Shown here piece after piece: positions 41,688-51,544 of a stretch of DNA of 64,000 nt (positions are counted from its first letter, which is position 1; each line of letters starts with the position of its first letter). The stretch is from Gammaproteobacteria bacterium. Lineage in GTDB: Bacteria > Pseudomonadota > Gammaproteobacteria > UBA4575. Made by a program: the position numbers and the translations under genes. The stretch spans positions 96,001 through 160,000 of the forward strand of contig CBDEUS010000001.1 in the NCBI GenBank assembly GCA_965243395.1. Direction: 5' to 3'. The notes beneath the pieces were generated by a model. It made no database searches. It had not been told where the DNA came from and saw only the letters and a list, made by a program, of their open reading frames with translations.

Positions 41688-41778
41688 GATTCTTTTTTCT
41701 CTCCTTGTGCTTTTTATGTACTATCAGCGTGAATTATAATCGCTAAACGCTTTTAGGTAAGCCCTCTATTTGTAAATA

Positions 41779-43092
41779 CTATAGCTGTTTGCTGTATGCC
41801 TTAGAGTTTCGCTGATAGTTATATAAAGCACGTTTTTTCATTGGTAAAGATTCAATTTTTGTGGGTTTAAATCCTTGTTCTCTAAACCAGTGAGAAGTTT
41901 GCGTAGTAAGTACAAATATTAAACTGATGCCTGCATCAATAGATTTCTTTTCTAGATGAGACAACATTTTGCTTCCTCTGCCATTAGACTGATACTCAGA
42001 ATGTACTGCTAGACATGCAACTTCAGCAGCATTCTCATCCGTAAAGGTGTGTAGTGCACCACAGGCAAGTATCATCCCATCACGCTCAATGACGTCAAAA
42101 TGCTGTATTTCAAGCTCCAACTGTTCGCGTGTTCGAGCTACTAAAGCACCTTTATCAATCAAAGGCTGAATGAGTTCTGTAATTCCACCTACATCATCTA
42201 ATGTAGCAGGTCGAATATCATCATAGGTTTCGGCCGTAACTAAAGTTGCTACACCATCTAAAGTATATAGTTCTTCAAGTAAAGCCCCCGGCTGTGATGC
42301 ATCTAGTATATGAACACGTCTAACATTTTCTAAGCATGCTTGAATTGCAACATCTATATATGGTTTTAGTTGCTGTTTGCTTTTTGGTAATTTTTTTACC
42401 AGCTCTTTGGCTTCATTTACATTGTAATGATTATTACTCTGTTTTTTATTACCCGGTAATTTAAATTTATCTAATAATAAAATTAATTTTTCACTTTTCA
42501 ATGCGCAAGCTGTGTGATTTGCAACGTCAATACTGGATAGATTAAATATATCCCCAGTTTTCGAATAACCTAATGGAGGCATAATAACAATATTGTTAGC
42601 ATCTAATTGTTGCTGAATTTCTTGGGCAGCAATATTGCGAACTTCCCCCGTGTGTTGATAATCCACACCATCTCGAATACCAACTGGTTTAGCGCGCACA
42701 TAGTTTCCACTAACAATATTTAACTCCATTCCAGACATAGGGGTATTGATTAGTCCGATCGAAAATAATGCCTCTATATCCGTTTTTACACGACCAGTAA
42801 TTTCTTTTATGGTTTCTAATGTATTTGAATCGGTAATTCGCCAATTATTTTGAAATGAAGTTGCTGAGTGTTTGCCAATTTTTTTATCGATAAATGCTCG
42901 TAAACCTAAAACTAACACGAGCTTAACTCCTAGCGTGTGCACCAGAGCTAAATCGTGAATCAAGGAAGCAATAGAACTTTTAGCAAGAATGTTGTCACTT
43001 ATATATAAAACAAAAGTTTTACCGCGATGCGCATAAATATATGGCGTCGCTTGTCTAAAGCTTTCAAGCTGAAATGTGGTGTTTTTGGACAC
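41779..43092 (-). CDS. argA: amino-acid N-acetyltransferase (N-acetylglutamate synthase)
   Basis: PYIYAHRGKTFV, AAK plus GNAT domains and YNYQRNSK. Confidence 0.96.
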   Translation of the reverse strand: MSKNTTFQLESFRQATPYIYAHRGKTFVLYISDNILAKSSIASLIHDLALVHTLGVKLVLVLGLRAFIDKKIGKHSATSFQNNWRITDSNTLETIKEITGRVKTDIEALFSIGLINTPMSGMELNIVSGNYVRAKPVGIRDGVDYQHTGEVRNIAAQEIQQQLDANNIVIMPPLGYSKTGDIFNLSSIDVANHTACALKSEKLILLLDKFKLPGNKKQSNNHYNVNEAKELVKKLPKSKQQLKPYIDVAIQACLENVRRVHILDASQPGALLEELYTLDGVATLVTAETYDDIRPATLDDVGGITELIQPLIDKGALVARTREQLELEIQHFDVIERDGMILACGALHTFTDENAAEVACLAVHSEYQSNGRGSKMLSHLEKKSIDAGISLIFVLTTQTSHWFREQGFKPTKIESLPMKKRALYNYQRNSKAYSKQL

Positions 43093-43296
43093 TTGTAAAA
43101 AATTCTTAGTAGAGTTTTAAAATATTTTGTAATTGTTTTTTAAGTCTATGAAATCTTGAAGGTTATTTAATTAAATGTTTTGCTATCTAAGAAATCATTC
43201 GCACCTTATAATAGGTCTGAGTTTTCACCAACTTTAGTACCATTTTGGCAATCGGTCGAATTTTATACACTGAAACTTCTATATAGGGAACAGAGA

Positions 43297-43992
43297 ATGC
43301 GCAAGATAAGGCTATTTTTTACATATTTGAGCTTTATTGCCTTACTTATGGTGAGCTTTGTATCCCTGGCTGGAGGAGAAATTCAAAAATCTCCAATTTT
43401 GGACCGAGTCAAAGTCATCTATAAAGTACCAGAAAACATGGAAAGCTTAAGCGTAGAACAGCTTCAAGATGAGCGTGATTCTCGCGCACGTGATTTGGCT
43501 GTAATTAAAGAAGCCAATGACAAACCTGAAGTAGCTAAGCAGAAATTATTGGATTCAATATTGGCGCATGATGATAAGCGTTTAAATATTATACATGTTA
43601 TCCCACAGATGATCGAAGAGTATGGAATTGAAGGAGAATTCAAAGATAAACTTTTAGGCTACAGTGAAACCTTTGATACCGAGATACGCACTGCAAGAAC
43701 TTATGTTCACTCTATTGATGACTATAAGTCTTATGATTTTCGATTTTCTGCAGTGTATATGTCTATGATGTTTTCTTTTAATGAGAATAAAGAATTTCAT
43801 CAACAGATGGTTGCAGATATGAAAGATATTAATACTGCAATTGGCAAATATAGAAAAGAGCTTGATGAATCTTATGCACAGGTCGAGCATGATAAGTATT
43901 TAATTCAGAATATTTACTCTATAAATGAACTTGAACAGGCCATCGCAGCTATTGATGCGGAAATTACAAAAAGACAAAAGGCAAAGCTCTAA
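43297..43992 (+). CDS. hypothetical secreted helical protein
   Basis: ATG at 43297, signal peptide ending SLA and a helical/coiled-coil composition. Confidence 0.65.
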   Translation: MRKIRLFFTYLSFIALLMVSFVSLAGGEIQKSPILDRVKVIYKVPENMESLSVEQLQDERDSRARDLAVIKEANDKPEVAKQKLLDSILAHDDKRLNIIHVIPQMIEEYGIEGEFKDKLLGYSETFDTEIRTARTYVHSIDDYKSYDFRFSAVYMSMMFSFNENKEFHQQMVADMKDINTAIGKYRKELDESYAQVEHDKYLIQNIYSINELEQAIAAIDAEITKRQKAKL

Positions 43993-44044
43993 AATTTTGA
44001 TAATAGGATTAAGCATTTTTACTTAAAACATTTATGCTGAGGAG

Positions 44045-44452
44045 TTGGATATGATTAGATTGAAGCATATAGTTTTATTTTCGCTTTCCATTGTGTGGGC
44101 GACAAGTGTTATTGCGGCTGATGAAAAAAGAGAAGCTCTACCGCCGCCTGAGATCGTGATTGATGCTCCACCTCCTACCCAATCTCCTGTAAAACAAGAA
44201 GCTGTTGAAACTGAAACTGTAACAATCTATGAGTCTAAAGTGTTACCCGGTTTTCGACCTTGTACGCCTGAAGATTATCAAAATCATGATATTGATCCGG
44301 TTGCATGTCAGGATGAAGAAAATGCACGAATTATTTCAACGCGTGATAGAAATAATCAAACGGAAGACTTAATTGTAGAAGATGATGCAGTTCCTCAGGG
44401 GAATATTTATAAATTTAAATTTGAGCGTTTTAAAAGAAAGAAAACGCAGTAA
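44045..44452 (+). CDS. hypothetical secreted protein
   Basis: GAGGAG RBS, signal peptide, Pro-rich stretch and two Cys. Confidence 0.65.
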   Translation: MDMIRLKHIVLFSLSIVWATSVIAADEKREALPPPEIVIDAPPPTQSPVKQEAVETETVTIYESKVLPGFRPCTPEDYQNHDIDPVACQDEENARIISTRDRNNQTEDLIVEDDAVPQGNIYKFKFERFKRKKTQ

Positions 44453-44626
44453 ATTTTTATTATAAGCATATGGATATGCGAATATGAGTTGCATCATGGA
44501 AAAAGTAACAATTTTTAGTTAGACTAGGTTCATAATTTTTTCATTTTAAAATTAGGTTGGTTTCATACAATTTTCATTATTTGGTCCTAAACCGGACTTT
44601 AATTATCGATCAAATTTGAACGGTAA

Positions 44627-44962
44627 TTGAAATTTAATATAATCACGATTTATCAAGGTTCCCTTTATATAGAAATGGATTTTGACCGCACATTACTTAC
44701 CGACAATTACTTAATTGCAGTAGTAGATTGTATTGAGCAACATGGCTACGAACTTGAAGATTTTGAATTTTCAACACAACGCACTCAAGGATATAAAAAA
44801 GGAATCCTGAATCCAAAAGACATTGTTTACGCATCACGCATTAGTTCTGGTGTAGAAAAAAGCTATATTCTTGATGAAAATAGAAATTTCTCCAATGAAT
44901 TTTGTAGTGATCTTGAATCGGGTTTTTTTGAGCGGCATATCGTTCCAAATTTACTCGACTAA
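44627..44962 (+). CDS. hypothetical protein
   Basis: 111-aa ORF; start uncertain. Confidence 0.5.
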   Translation: MKFNIITIYQGSLYIEMDFDRTLLTDNYLIAVVDCIEQHGYELEDFEFSTQRTQGYKKGILNPKDIVYASRISSGVEKSYILDENRNFSNEFCSDLESGFFERHIVPNLLD

Positions 44963-45312
44963 TTGTTTCCTATCTGTTCGCATCATCCAGGATACTTATC
45001 ATATTCGCGCTTCCATGCGCCCACATCTTTGTACACACTTAATTACATATGCAGCACTATTACCTTTATTTTTATAGGTTTTTATCTCGAAAATTAGCAA
45101 CTTAGTGGACAAAATTGTGATACGCAAAAAGAATAAATAGTATTAATTCATAGTAACTTTTATCTTTTTGTTACTTGAGTCACTTAATTTATATACTTCT
45201 TTTTATAATCTTGCTTTGTTACTCCTGAGTTTACTTGTAAGAACTTCTTACAAAATTAATGAATAAATAAATTTTCTCAAATAGTGGCTTATGAGAACGG
45301 AGGATAGAGAGA

Positions 45313-45477
45313 ATGAATGATACGAAAACTACGAGTTCTAATAATATCACTAAGTCTGATTCAGAAAAGACGAAAACAGACTCTAGTATCGAAAAAAATA
45401 AAAAGACGGCCCATGATCGGCCTGCAATTTTTATAGAAGATACTAAAGATTCAAAATTTTATAATCTATCAAAATAG
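45313..45477 (+). CDS. small hypothetical protein (54 aa, not in ORF track)
   Basis: GGAGGA RBS at 45299-45304, ATG at 45313, TAG at 45477, followed by a hairpin. Confidence 0.5.
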   Translation: MNDTKTTSSNNITKSDSEKTKTDSSIEKNKKTAHDRPAIFIEDTKDSKFYNLSK

Positions 45478-45502
45478 TGTTTAAGACCAATATGTATAAA
45501 TG

Positions 45503-45530
45503 TCAACTCAAAAAATTATTTTTGAGTTGA
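45503..45530. terminator. hairpin between convergent genes
   Basis: TCAACTCAAAAA ATTA TTTTTGAGTTGA. Confidence 0.55.
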
Positions 45531-45547
45531 AGTTGACAATATTGAAA

Positions 45548-46393
45548 CTAAACCCTTACTTTTCTTACTTTATGTTGGCTAGTAGTTTCTAGATCAAATG
45601 CTTCGCGTAGACGCTGTTGCACTTTAATAAGCGCATCTTCTGCATCATTGAGTTCTTTAATTAGCTCATCACGACTGGGCACAGATTTAAGATCATTTAA
45701 TGCTTGAGCTTTTGCATCATCCAGATTATTGATAATGATTGCAATAAATAAGTTGATTACTACAAATGTTCCAATCACTACAAAACTTACAAAGAAAATC
45801 CACGCAATCGGACTTAATTCCATACCGGTATACATTAAGTCAGTCCAATCTTCTAGAGTTGCAATTCTAAAAAGAGATAGCAGTGCGATGCCAACATTAC
45901 CCCAATGTTGCGGATCATGTTCGTGGAATAAGTGAAAGCCCATAATGGCGTAAACATAAAAAATTACAGCCATAAGTAATATTACATTTGCCATACTGGG
46001 AATCGATTTTATGAGTGTACTTACAATTAATCTTAATTCTGGTAACGCGGAAATTAATCTCAATACACGTAGTAACCTCGCAAGTCTTGCAATAATGGCA
46101 AACTGACCAGTTGCGGGCACGAAAGACAGCACAACAATTGTAAAGTCAAAGACGTTCCAACCATCACGAAAATATTTTCCGATCGTTGGATATACTGCGG
46201 TTATTTTCATTGCCGCTTCTAATACGAAAACTGCAAGTACAAATTGATTAATATATGAAAACAGAGAGTGATATTTTTGATTAATGCTTGCAGAAGTTTC
46301 TAGACCAAGTACTGCTGCATTTACTAATATTAATCCAATAATGGTGTACTCAAACCATTTTTTATTGACAGTCCTTGCGCAAAATTCTTTCAT
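45548..46393 (-). CDS. prokaryotic voltage-gated cation channel (BacNav-like)
   Basis: DGWNVFDF, S4 RLARLLRVLRLIS, filter TLEDWTD and INLFIAII. Confidence 0.93.
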   Translation of the reverse strand: MKEFCARTVNKKWFEYTIIGLILVNAAVLGLETSASINQKYHSLFSYINQFVLAVFVLEAAMKITAVYPTIGKYFRDGWNVFDFTIVVLSFVPATGQFAIIARLARLLRVLRLISALPELRLIVSTLIKSIPSMANVILLMAVIFYVYAIMGFHLFHEHDPQHWGNVGIALLSLFRIATLEDWTDLMYTGMELSPIAWIFFVSFVVIGTFVVINLFIAIIINNLDDAKAQALNDLKSVPSRDELIKELNDAEDALIKVQQRLREAFDLETTSQHKVRKVRV

Positions 46394-46568
46394 GAAGCAC
46401 TTCCATTTGGCATTGTTGAGCTTGTTTTCAAAAATTTGAAAAACGGTATATTCATTGCTGAGAGAATTAGATGCTGAAAATAGCAGCTAAATGGTCAATT
46501 TAGATATACCACCGGGCTAAAGTTTCTGGTTTTGCCGATCTGCGTCGTTTTATCCAAGAAGTTAAAAA

Positions 46569-47756
46569 TTACATACAAATTTCTTGTATGGATTTTTGCA
46601 GAATATTGATAGTAGGCTGGATTGAATTTAGTGATAGATACTCATTTTGTTGATGAGCTTGATCAATCGATCCTGGGCCTAAAACAACAGTTTCCATGCC
46701 CATCGAATTAAAATAAGGACCTTCGGTACCAAATGCCACACTTGTAGGATTTTTATTACTGAGTTGTTGAGTAAGTTTTACAATTTTTGAATTTTTATCA
46801 GTTTTAAACGCAGGTATTCCCTCAAATAGCGCATTAAAGTCAACTGTCAAACCTAAGGGATCTGTAACCTTGAGTATTCTCTGGTGTAAATCTTCTCGTA
46901 ATGTAACAACCTGCATTCCAGGTAGAGGGCGGATATCAATTTGCAGTTCACATTCTGCGCATATACGGTTGGGATTATCGCCTCCATGAATATGCCCTAG
47001 ATTTAAGGTTGGAATAGGCACTATAAATTCGTGATTTACATTATTACTGGCAATTTCTTGTTTAAATGTTTCAAGCTCGTTTAAAACTAGGCGCATTCCT
47101 TCAAGCGCATTGTTACCTAAGTTTGGGTCACTCGAATGTCCCGATTGTCCAGTTAGTTTAATGGCCTCCATAAATACGCCTTTATGTTGATGTATAGGTG
47201 TAAGGTCAGTCGGTTCACCAATGATGCAATAGCTAGCTAGTTTCTTATTTTGTTTTTGGAATAACTCTGCGATGGTTTTTGCTCCTTGCATTGTTGATTC
47301 TTCATCTGCCGTAGCAAGAATAGTTAATCGTTGTTTTAAGTTTTTATTGGTGAATTCTTTTGCCGCATGAATTGCAATGGCAAGGAATGATTTCATATCA
47401 GCTGTTCCTAAGCCGTACAACTTGTCATTCTTTTGAGTAGCTACAAATGGGTCAGAATTCCAACCGTATTGATCAAAGTGTACGGTATCCGTATGACCAG
47501 CTAGTACCAAACCATCATCACCTTCGTTTCCCTCAGGGCCAATCCAGGAAATTAAATTAGCTTTATCCTCTTTATTTGGGCCAGCTTTACTTGGAATAAT
47601 TTGGCTATTAAAACCTAAATCGTTTAACCAATTTGCAAGTAGATTAATTACAGCTAGGTTGCTTGTATCAATTTCTGCACGAGTACTGCTAACTGAGGGC
47701 AGTGCTATTAACTGCTCGATCATCTCGAGCAGTTTGGGAGATGTTTTTGCGGTCAT
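46569..47756 (-). CDS. argE: acetylornithine deacetylase (M20 family)
   Basis: GHTDTV, GTADMK, DEE, GEPT, GGDNPNRIC and GPGSIDQAH. Confidence 0.93.
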   Translation of the reverse strand: MTAKTSPKLLEMIEQLIALPSVSSTRAEIDTSNLAVINLLANWLNDLGFNSQIIPSKAGPNKEDKANLISWIGPEGNEGDDGLVLAGHTDTVHFDQYGWNSDPFVATQKNDKLYGLGTADMKSFLAIAIHAAKEFTNKNLKQRLTILATADEESTMQGAKTIAELFQKQNKKLASYCIIGEPTDLTPIHQHKGVFMEAIKLTGQSGHSSDPNLGNNALEGMRLVLNELETFKQEIASNNVNHEFIVPIPTLNLGHIHGGDNPNRICAECELQIDIRPLPGMQVVTLREDLHQRILKVTDPLGLTVDFNALFEGIPAFKTDKNSKIVKLTQQLSNKNPTSVAFGTEGPYFNSMGMETVVLGPGSIDQAHQQNEYLSLNSIQPTINILQKSIQEICM

Positions 47757-48613
47757 TTAGCCATTTGTTGAGCAATTGCATAAATGTCTTCAGCATCCAG
47801 CACGATATCGTTGGATTCAAATAATTTTGCGATACATGCACGATGTAGTTTAAGTTTGAGTGCCCCTATACCTATACCACCAAACACTTTAACCCCAAAT
47901 CTTTCTGTGCCTTTGTCCATCACATCAATCCCTTCAAAACCTAAAATTTTAGATGTACCTACGTCTGCTATTAGCTCTAAGGTTGGATGGTTTTGCCATT
48001 GATTTGCATTGAGCAATTGAATTCCTGCTTTAGCAGCACCAAAAACTATATGCGCATCATTCATGGCATGATGGATGGATTCATCATCATCAGCCTGCAT
48101 GGGAGTCATTTCTACACCAAAACGCGTGTGCATGGCTTCACAGGCCTCAGCAGATCGCGATTGTTTGCGCGAAGTAAGGCGGACATTTGCACCACTTTTT
48201 GCTAATAAAACAGCGGCTCGTTGACCTACAGGTCCGGTACCAGCAAGCACTACAGCAGTTTTACCTGCTAAGTTTGTGGCTTGATTAAGAAGTGCAACAC
48301 CTGCAGCTGAAGTTGTATTACAGCCGTTACTATCAAGCATTACCGAGACGCTGAATTTTCCGAAAAATTCTTTTTGTATGGTTTGGAATAATTTTTGTCC
48401 GGCAATAAGATCACTTCCGCCGACAAAAATAGCTGTGTTCTTTTTGTCTTTAGGTGCGCGTGTATATATTGCACCTTCCACCAAACCAGTACAGTTTTCT
48501 TCGTTTACACCGCTAAGTTGAGTGACATGATCTGCGCCCCCGTCATAGGCAACTACTGAGTCAAATACGCTGGGTAGCGCATCTGTATCAAAATGGTACA
48601 AAAGTTTTTTCAT
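47753..48613 (-). CDS. mtdA: NADP-dependent methylene-H4MPT/methylene-H4F dehydrogenase
   Basis: MKKLLYHFDTD-PSVFD-VVAYDGGADH, TAIFVGG, DSNGCNTT and GTGPVG match MtdA; ATG at 48613. Confidence 0.88.
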   Translation of the reverse strand: MKKLLYHFDTDALPSVFDSVVAYDGGADHVTQLSGVNEENCTGLVEGAIYTRAPKDKKNTAIFVGGSDLIAGQKLFQTIQKEFFGKFSVSVMLDSNGCNTTSAAGVALLNQATNLAGKTAVVLAGTGPVGQRAAVLLAKSGANVRLTSRKQSRSAEACEAMHTRFGVEMTPMQADDDESIHHAMNDAHIVFGAAKAGIQLLNANQWQNHPTLELIADVGTSKILGFEGIDVMDKGTERFGVKVFGGIGIGALKLKLHRACIAKLFESNDIVLDAEDIYAIAQQMAK

Positions 48614-48642
48614 ATTTTTAGAATTAAATTTATGAAATGATA

Positions 48643-51420
48643 TTAACCAGTACTTCCAATACCAGCTGCAACACAATTAATAGAAAGTAATAGTGGCACT
48701 AAAACATCCTGTATAACCGTGTTTTCAATATTTTCATTATTGCGAAACTTTTTAACCAGCTCTACTTGTTCAATTCCAACTTGATTTAGTGATTCTACGC
48801 GACGATAAAAATGGCGTTTAAAGTTTGGAAAGCGATCGCACAATTGGTCTTCTCCGGTAATTTGTAAAACCATTTTTGTTGAAAGTTCGTATTCATCTTT
48901 AATAGCAGAGAAGATTTGTGTTCTATGTTCATCGTTGGTGACTAATTCACAATATTTTTGTGCAACTTCCATGTCTACTAGTAATAATGTTTTTTCCGCA
49001 CCGTCTAATATCAATCTGAACAATGAATGTTTTTCATAAAGTTGATTAAGTAAATCAGTGCCTAAGTCGCCACGAATCTTGATGAGTTGTTCCATAGCAC
49101 TTCCTATTCCATACCAGCCCGGTACGAGAATGCGGTTTTGTGTCCATGCAAAGACCCATGGGATTGCACGTAAATCCTCTAAAGAAGCTGCGCCAAAACG
49201 ACGCGCAGGTCTTGAGCCAATTTTCATGAATGTTAGTTCTTCTACAGGACTTGCTTCCTGATAGAAATCTACTAAACCAGGATGCTCAATTAGTTTGCGA
49301 TAAGTAACGTAAGCCGTTCCTGATAGGGCTTCCAAGACTTCATCTAATTCAGAATTGGTTTGATAAGCAGGGTCTTTACCAGACATTAGTGAATGAGAAA
49401 TTACACTAGCTGCTAAAATTTCCATTTGTTCTTCAGCGAAACCACGGTTGGCATATTTATATGACACGACTTCACCTTGTTCGGTGACTCGCATTCTTCC
49501 ATCGATAGTTCCCACAGGCTGTGCAGCAATCGCGCGTCCGCTGGGTGCACCACCACGGCTTACGGAACCCCCTCGGCCATGGAAAAAAGAAATTGGAACT
49601 TTATGCTTTTGTCCTGCCTCATGAATTTGAGTTTGCGCTTTGCTGATAATCCAATTCGATGTTAAAAATCCACCATCTTTATTGGAATCTGAATAACCCA
49701 CCATAACTTCCTGAGAGCCGCCAAATTTTCGAACAGTGCGTCGTACAAATGCGTGTTCTAATAGTTCTTCCAGCACATCAGATCCGTTTTCGAGATCTTC
49801 AATGGTTTCCAATAATGGCACAACCATAATGCGGCATGCTTCCAATCCATCTGAGTCAGTAAATAATCCAACATATTTTGCTAGAAGATATACTCCTAAA
49901 ACATCGGTTGCAGTTTGTGTCATGCTGAGTACACAAACACCAAATGTTTTGGTGTCTAACTTACGCTGAAAATATTTAACTTGCTCAAGCATGGCTAATG
50001 TAGATTGAGCTCGTTCAGATAAATTATCAAAACGCGGTAATACGCGTAGTGGTTGCATTAGTTGTTCAACAATCCAATTGTTCCATTCTTTAGATTTAAA
50101 ATCGGGTACATCCAAATGGGTTCGTTGATGGAGTGCTTGCCAGATTTCAGCTAATACACTATTCATCACAGTAGTATTTTCACGTATATCTAAGCTTACG
50201 GTTCTAAAACCAAATGTATCTACCATATGTCTCAATGGGCGAATATTACTGTCGCTTAAATTTCCACACTTAGAATCAATTAAACCCTTTTCTAATATTT
50301 TTAGGTCGAAAGATAAATCTGCAGCGCGTTGATAAGCGAGTTTAGACTTTCTCGGATCTTTTAGATTAGAAAGTGTGGCATCAATGCGTGTTAACACATA
50401 ACGCAAGTATTGACGAAATACCTCACCAGGATTACGTTTAGAATAGGTTTTTGTTTCGCCCAGCATTGAAAGTTTATCATTCAGTACTTGCATAAAGTTA
50501 TCTGGTACATCTACTGAATGGCTCGCTACACTAAGTTTTGCACCTAAGTCATATATAATTTGTCGATATCGTTTAACACACGCTTTAGCGTTTGCATAAA
50601 TTGCACCTGCGGTAACTTTATGTGTTACCTTGGGGTTGCCATCACGATCACCACCAATCCATGAACCAAATCGGAAAATTGGTGGTACATTAAATTCAAA
50701 ATGTGGATAAGCTTGTTCCAGCGCACGATCTAACTCAGTGTATAATTCCATTACACCGTCAAAAAGTGATTCATCAAAAAAGTGCAAACCCCATGTGACT
50801 TCTTGTGCGACAGTAGGCTTTTCTAAACGTATTTCACCCGTTAGCCATAATAAGTCGATTTCATTACGCAATTCGTTAATCAAATCTTCACGTTCCCTTG
50901 GTGTCCAGCGATCAAGTTCGAGTTGTTTAAGCGACACATAAATACGTCTATGTACCTCCAAAACTGTAACGCGCTTCGCTTCTGTAGGATGCGCCGTAAT
51001 GACTGGACAAATAAAACTTTTATCTAATAATTTTTGAACATCTTCTGCAGGTATACCTTTTTGAGCCGCACTTGAAAAAGCATAGGCAAAAGTGCCAGGT
51101 ACTCGATCACGATGATATTCTTTTTCAATTTGTCTTCGTTGTTGCACCATGGCATTTTGTTCAGCAATGCTCAGTAATTGGAACCAAATACCATAGGCTT
51201 GTAATACATAAAGGATTTGTGAATCAGCGCAATTGCGTATGTCTTCTTTTCCTTCAAGAACGGGTTCAATGTCAGGTTGACGTGCTCGGATAACGCTCAA
51301 CAACTGCTGGTACAACAGTTCTACTAATTCATCCTCGTAGGAGGCTGCCGGACTAATAATCATGCTGCCTGTGGCAACCTTAGTGAGCTGAGTCCAGGAA
51401 AGTGGTGAGGTGTCGTTCAT
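48643..51420 (-). CDS. ppc: phosphoenolpyruvate carboxylase
   Basis: TAHPT, GGDRDGNP, GYSDSNKDGG, FHGRGG and RAIPW. Confidence 0.96.
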   Translation of the reverse strand: MNDTSPLSWTQLTKVATGSMIISPAASYEDELVELLYQQLLSVIRARQPDIEPVLEGKEDIRNCADSQILYVLQAYGIWFQLLSIAEQNAMVQQRRQIEKEYHRDRVPGTFAYAFSSAAQKGIPAEDVQKLLDKSFICPVITAHPTEAKRVTVLEVHRRIYVSLKQLELDRWTPREREDLINELRNEIDLLWLTGEIRLEKPTVAQEVTWGLHFFDESLFDGVMELYTELDRALEQAYPHFEFNVPPIFRFGSWIGGDRDGNPKVTHKVTAGAIYANAKACVKRYRQIIYDLGAKLSVASHSVDVPDNFMQVLNDKLSMLGETKTYSKRNPGEVFRQYLRYVLTRIDATLSNLKDPRKSKLAYQRAADLSFDLKILEKGLIDSKCGNLSDSNIRPLRHMVDTFGFRTVSLDIRENTTVMNSVLAEIWQALHQRTHLDVPDFKSKEWNNWIVEQLMQPLRVLPRFDNLSERAQSTLAMLEQVKYFQRKLDTKTFGVCVLSMTQTATDVLGVYLLAKYVGLFTDSDGLEACRIMVVPLLETIEDLENGSDVLEELLEHAFVRRTVRKFGGSQEVMVGYSDSNKDGGFLTSNWIISKAQTQIHEAGQKHKVPISFFHGRGGSVSRGGAPSGRAIAAQPVGTIDGRMRVTEQGEVVSYKYANRGFAEEQMEILAASVISHSLMSGKDPAYQTNSELDEVLEALSGTAYVTYRKLIEHPGLVDFYQEASPVEELTFMKIGSRPARRFGAASLEDLRAIPWVFAWTQNRILVPGWYGIGSAMEQLIKIRGDLGTDLLNQLYEKHSLFRLILDGAEKTLLLVDMEVAQKYCELVTNDEHRTQIFSAIKDEYELSTKMVLQITGEDQLCDRFPNFKRHFYRRVESLNQVGIEQVELVKKFRNNENIENTVIQDVLVPLLLSINCVAAGIGSTG

Positions 51421-51456
51421 ACCGGTTTTAGTTTAATGATTTATGCAATACATAGT

Positions 51457-51480
51457 AAAAGAGGCCCCAGAGGACCTCTT
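51457..51480 (-). terminator. probable intrinsic terminator downstream of the hpr-like gene
   Basis: Minus strand AAGAGGTCC TCTG GGGCCTCTTTT. Confidence 0.5.
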
Positions 51481-51544
51481 CATCATAGGGCTGATCAAGC
51501 CAATTTAATAGGCCCGTATGGGCATAGATAAGCGGATTATATAG

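Noticed and set aside
46520-46550. AAGTTTCTGGTTTTGCCGATCTGCGTCGTTT as a repeat remnant
   Set aside because: Faint resemblance only; the arms do not pair and the orientation is opposite to the flanking genes
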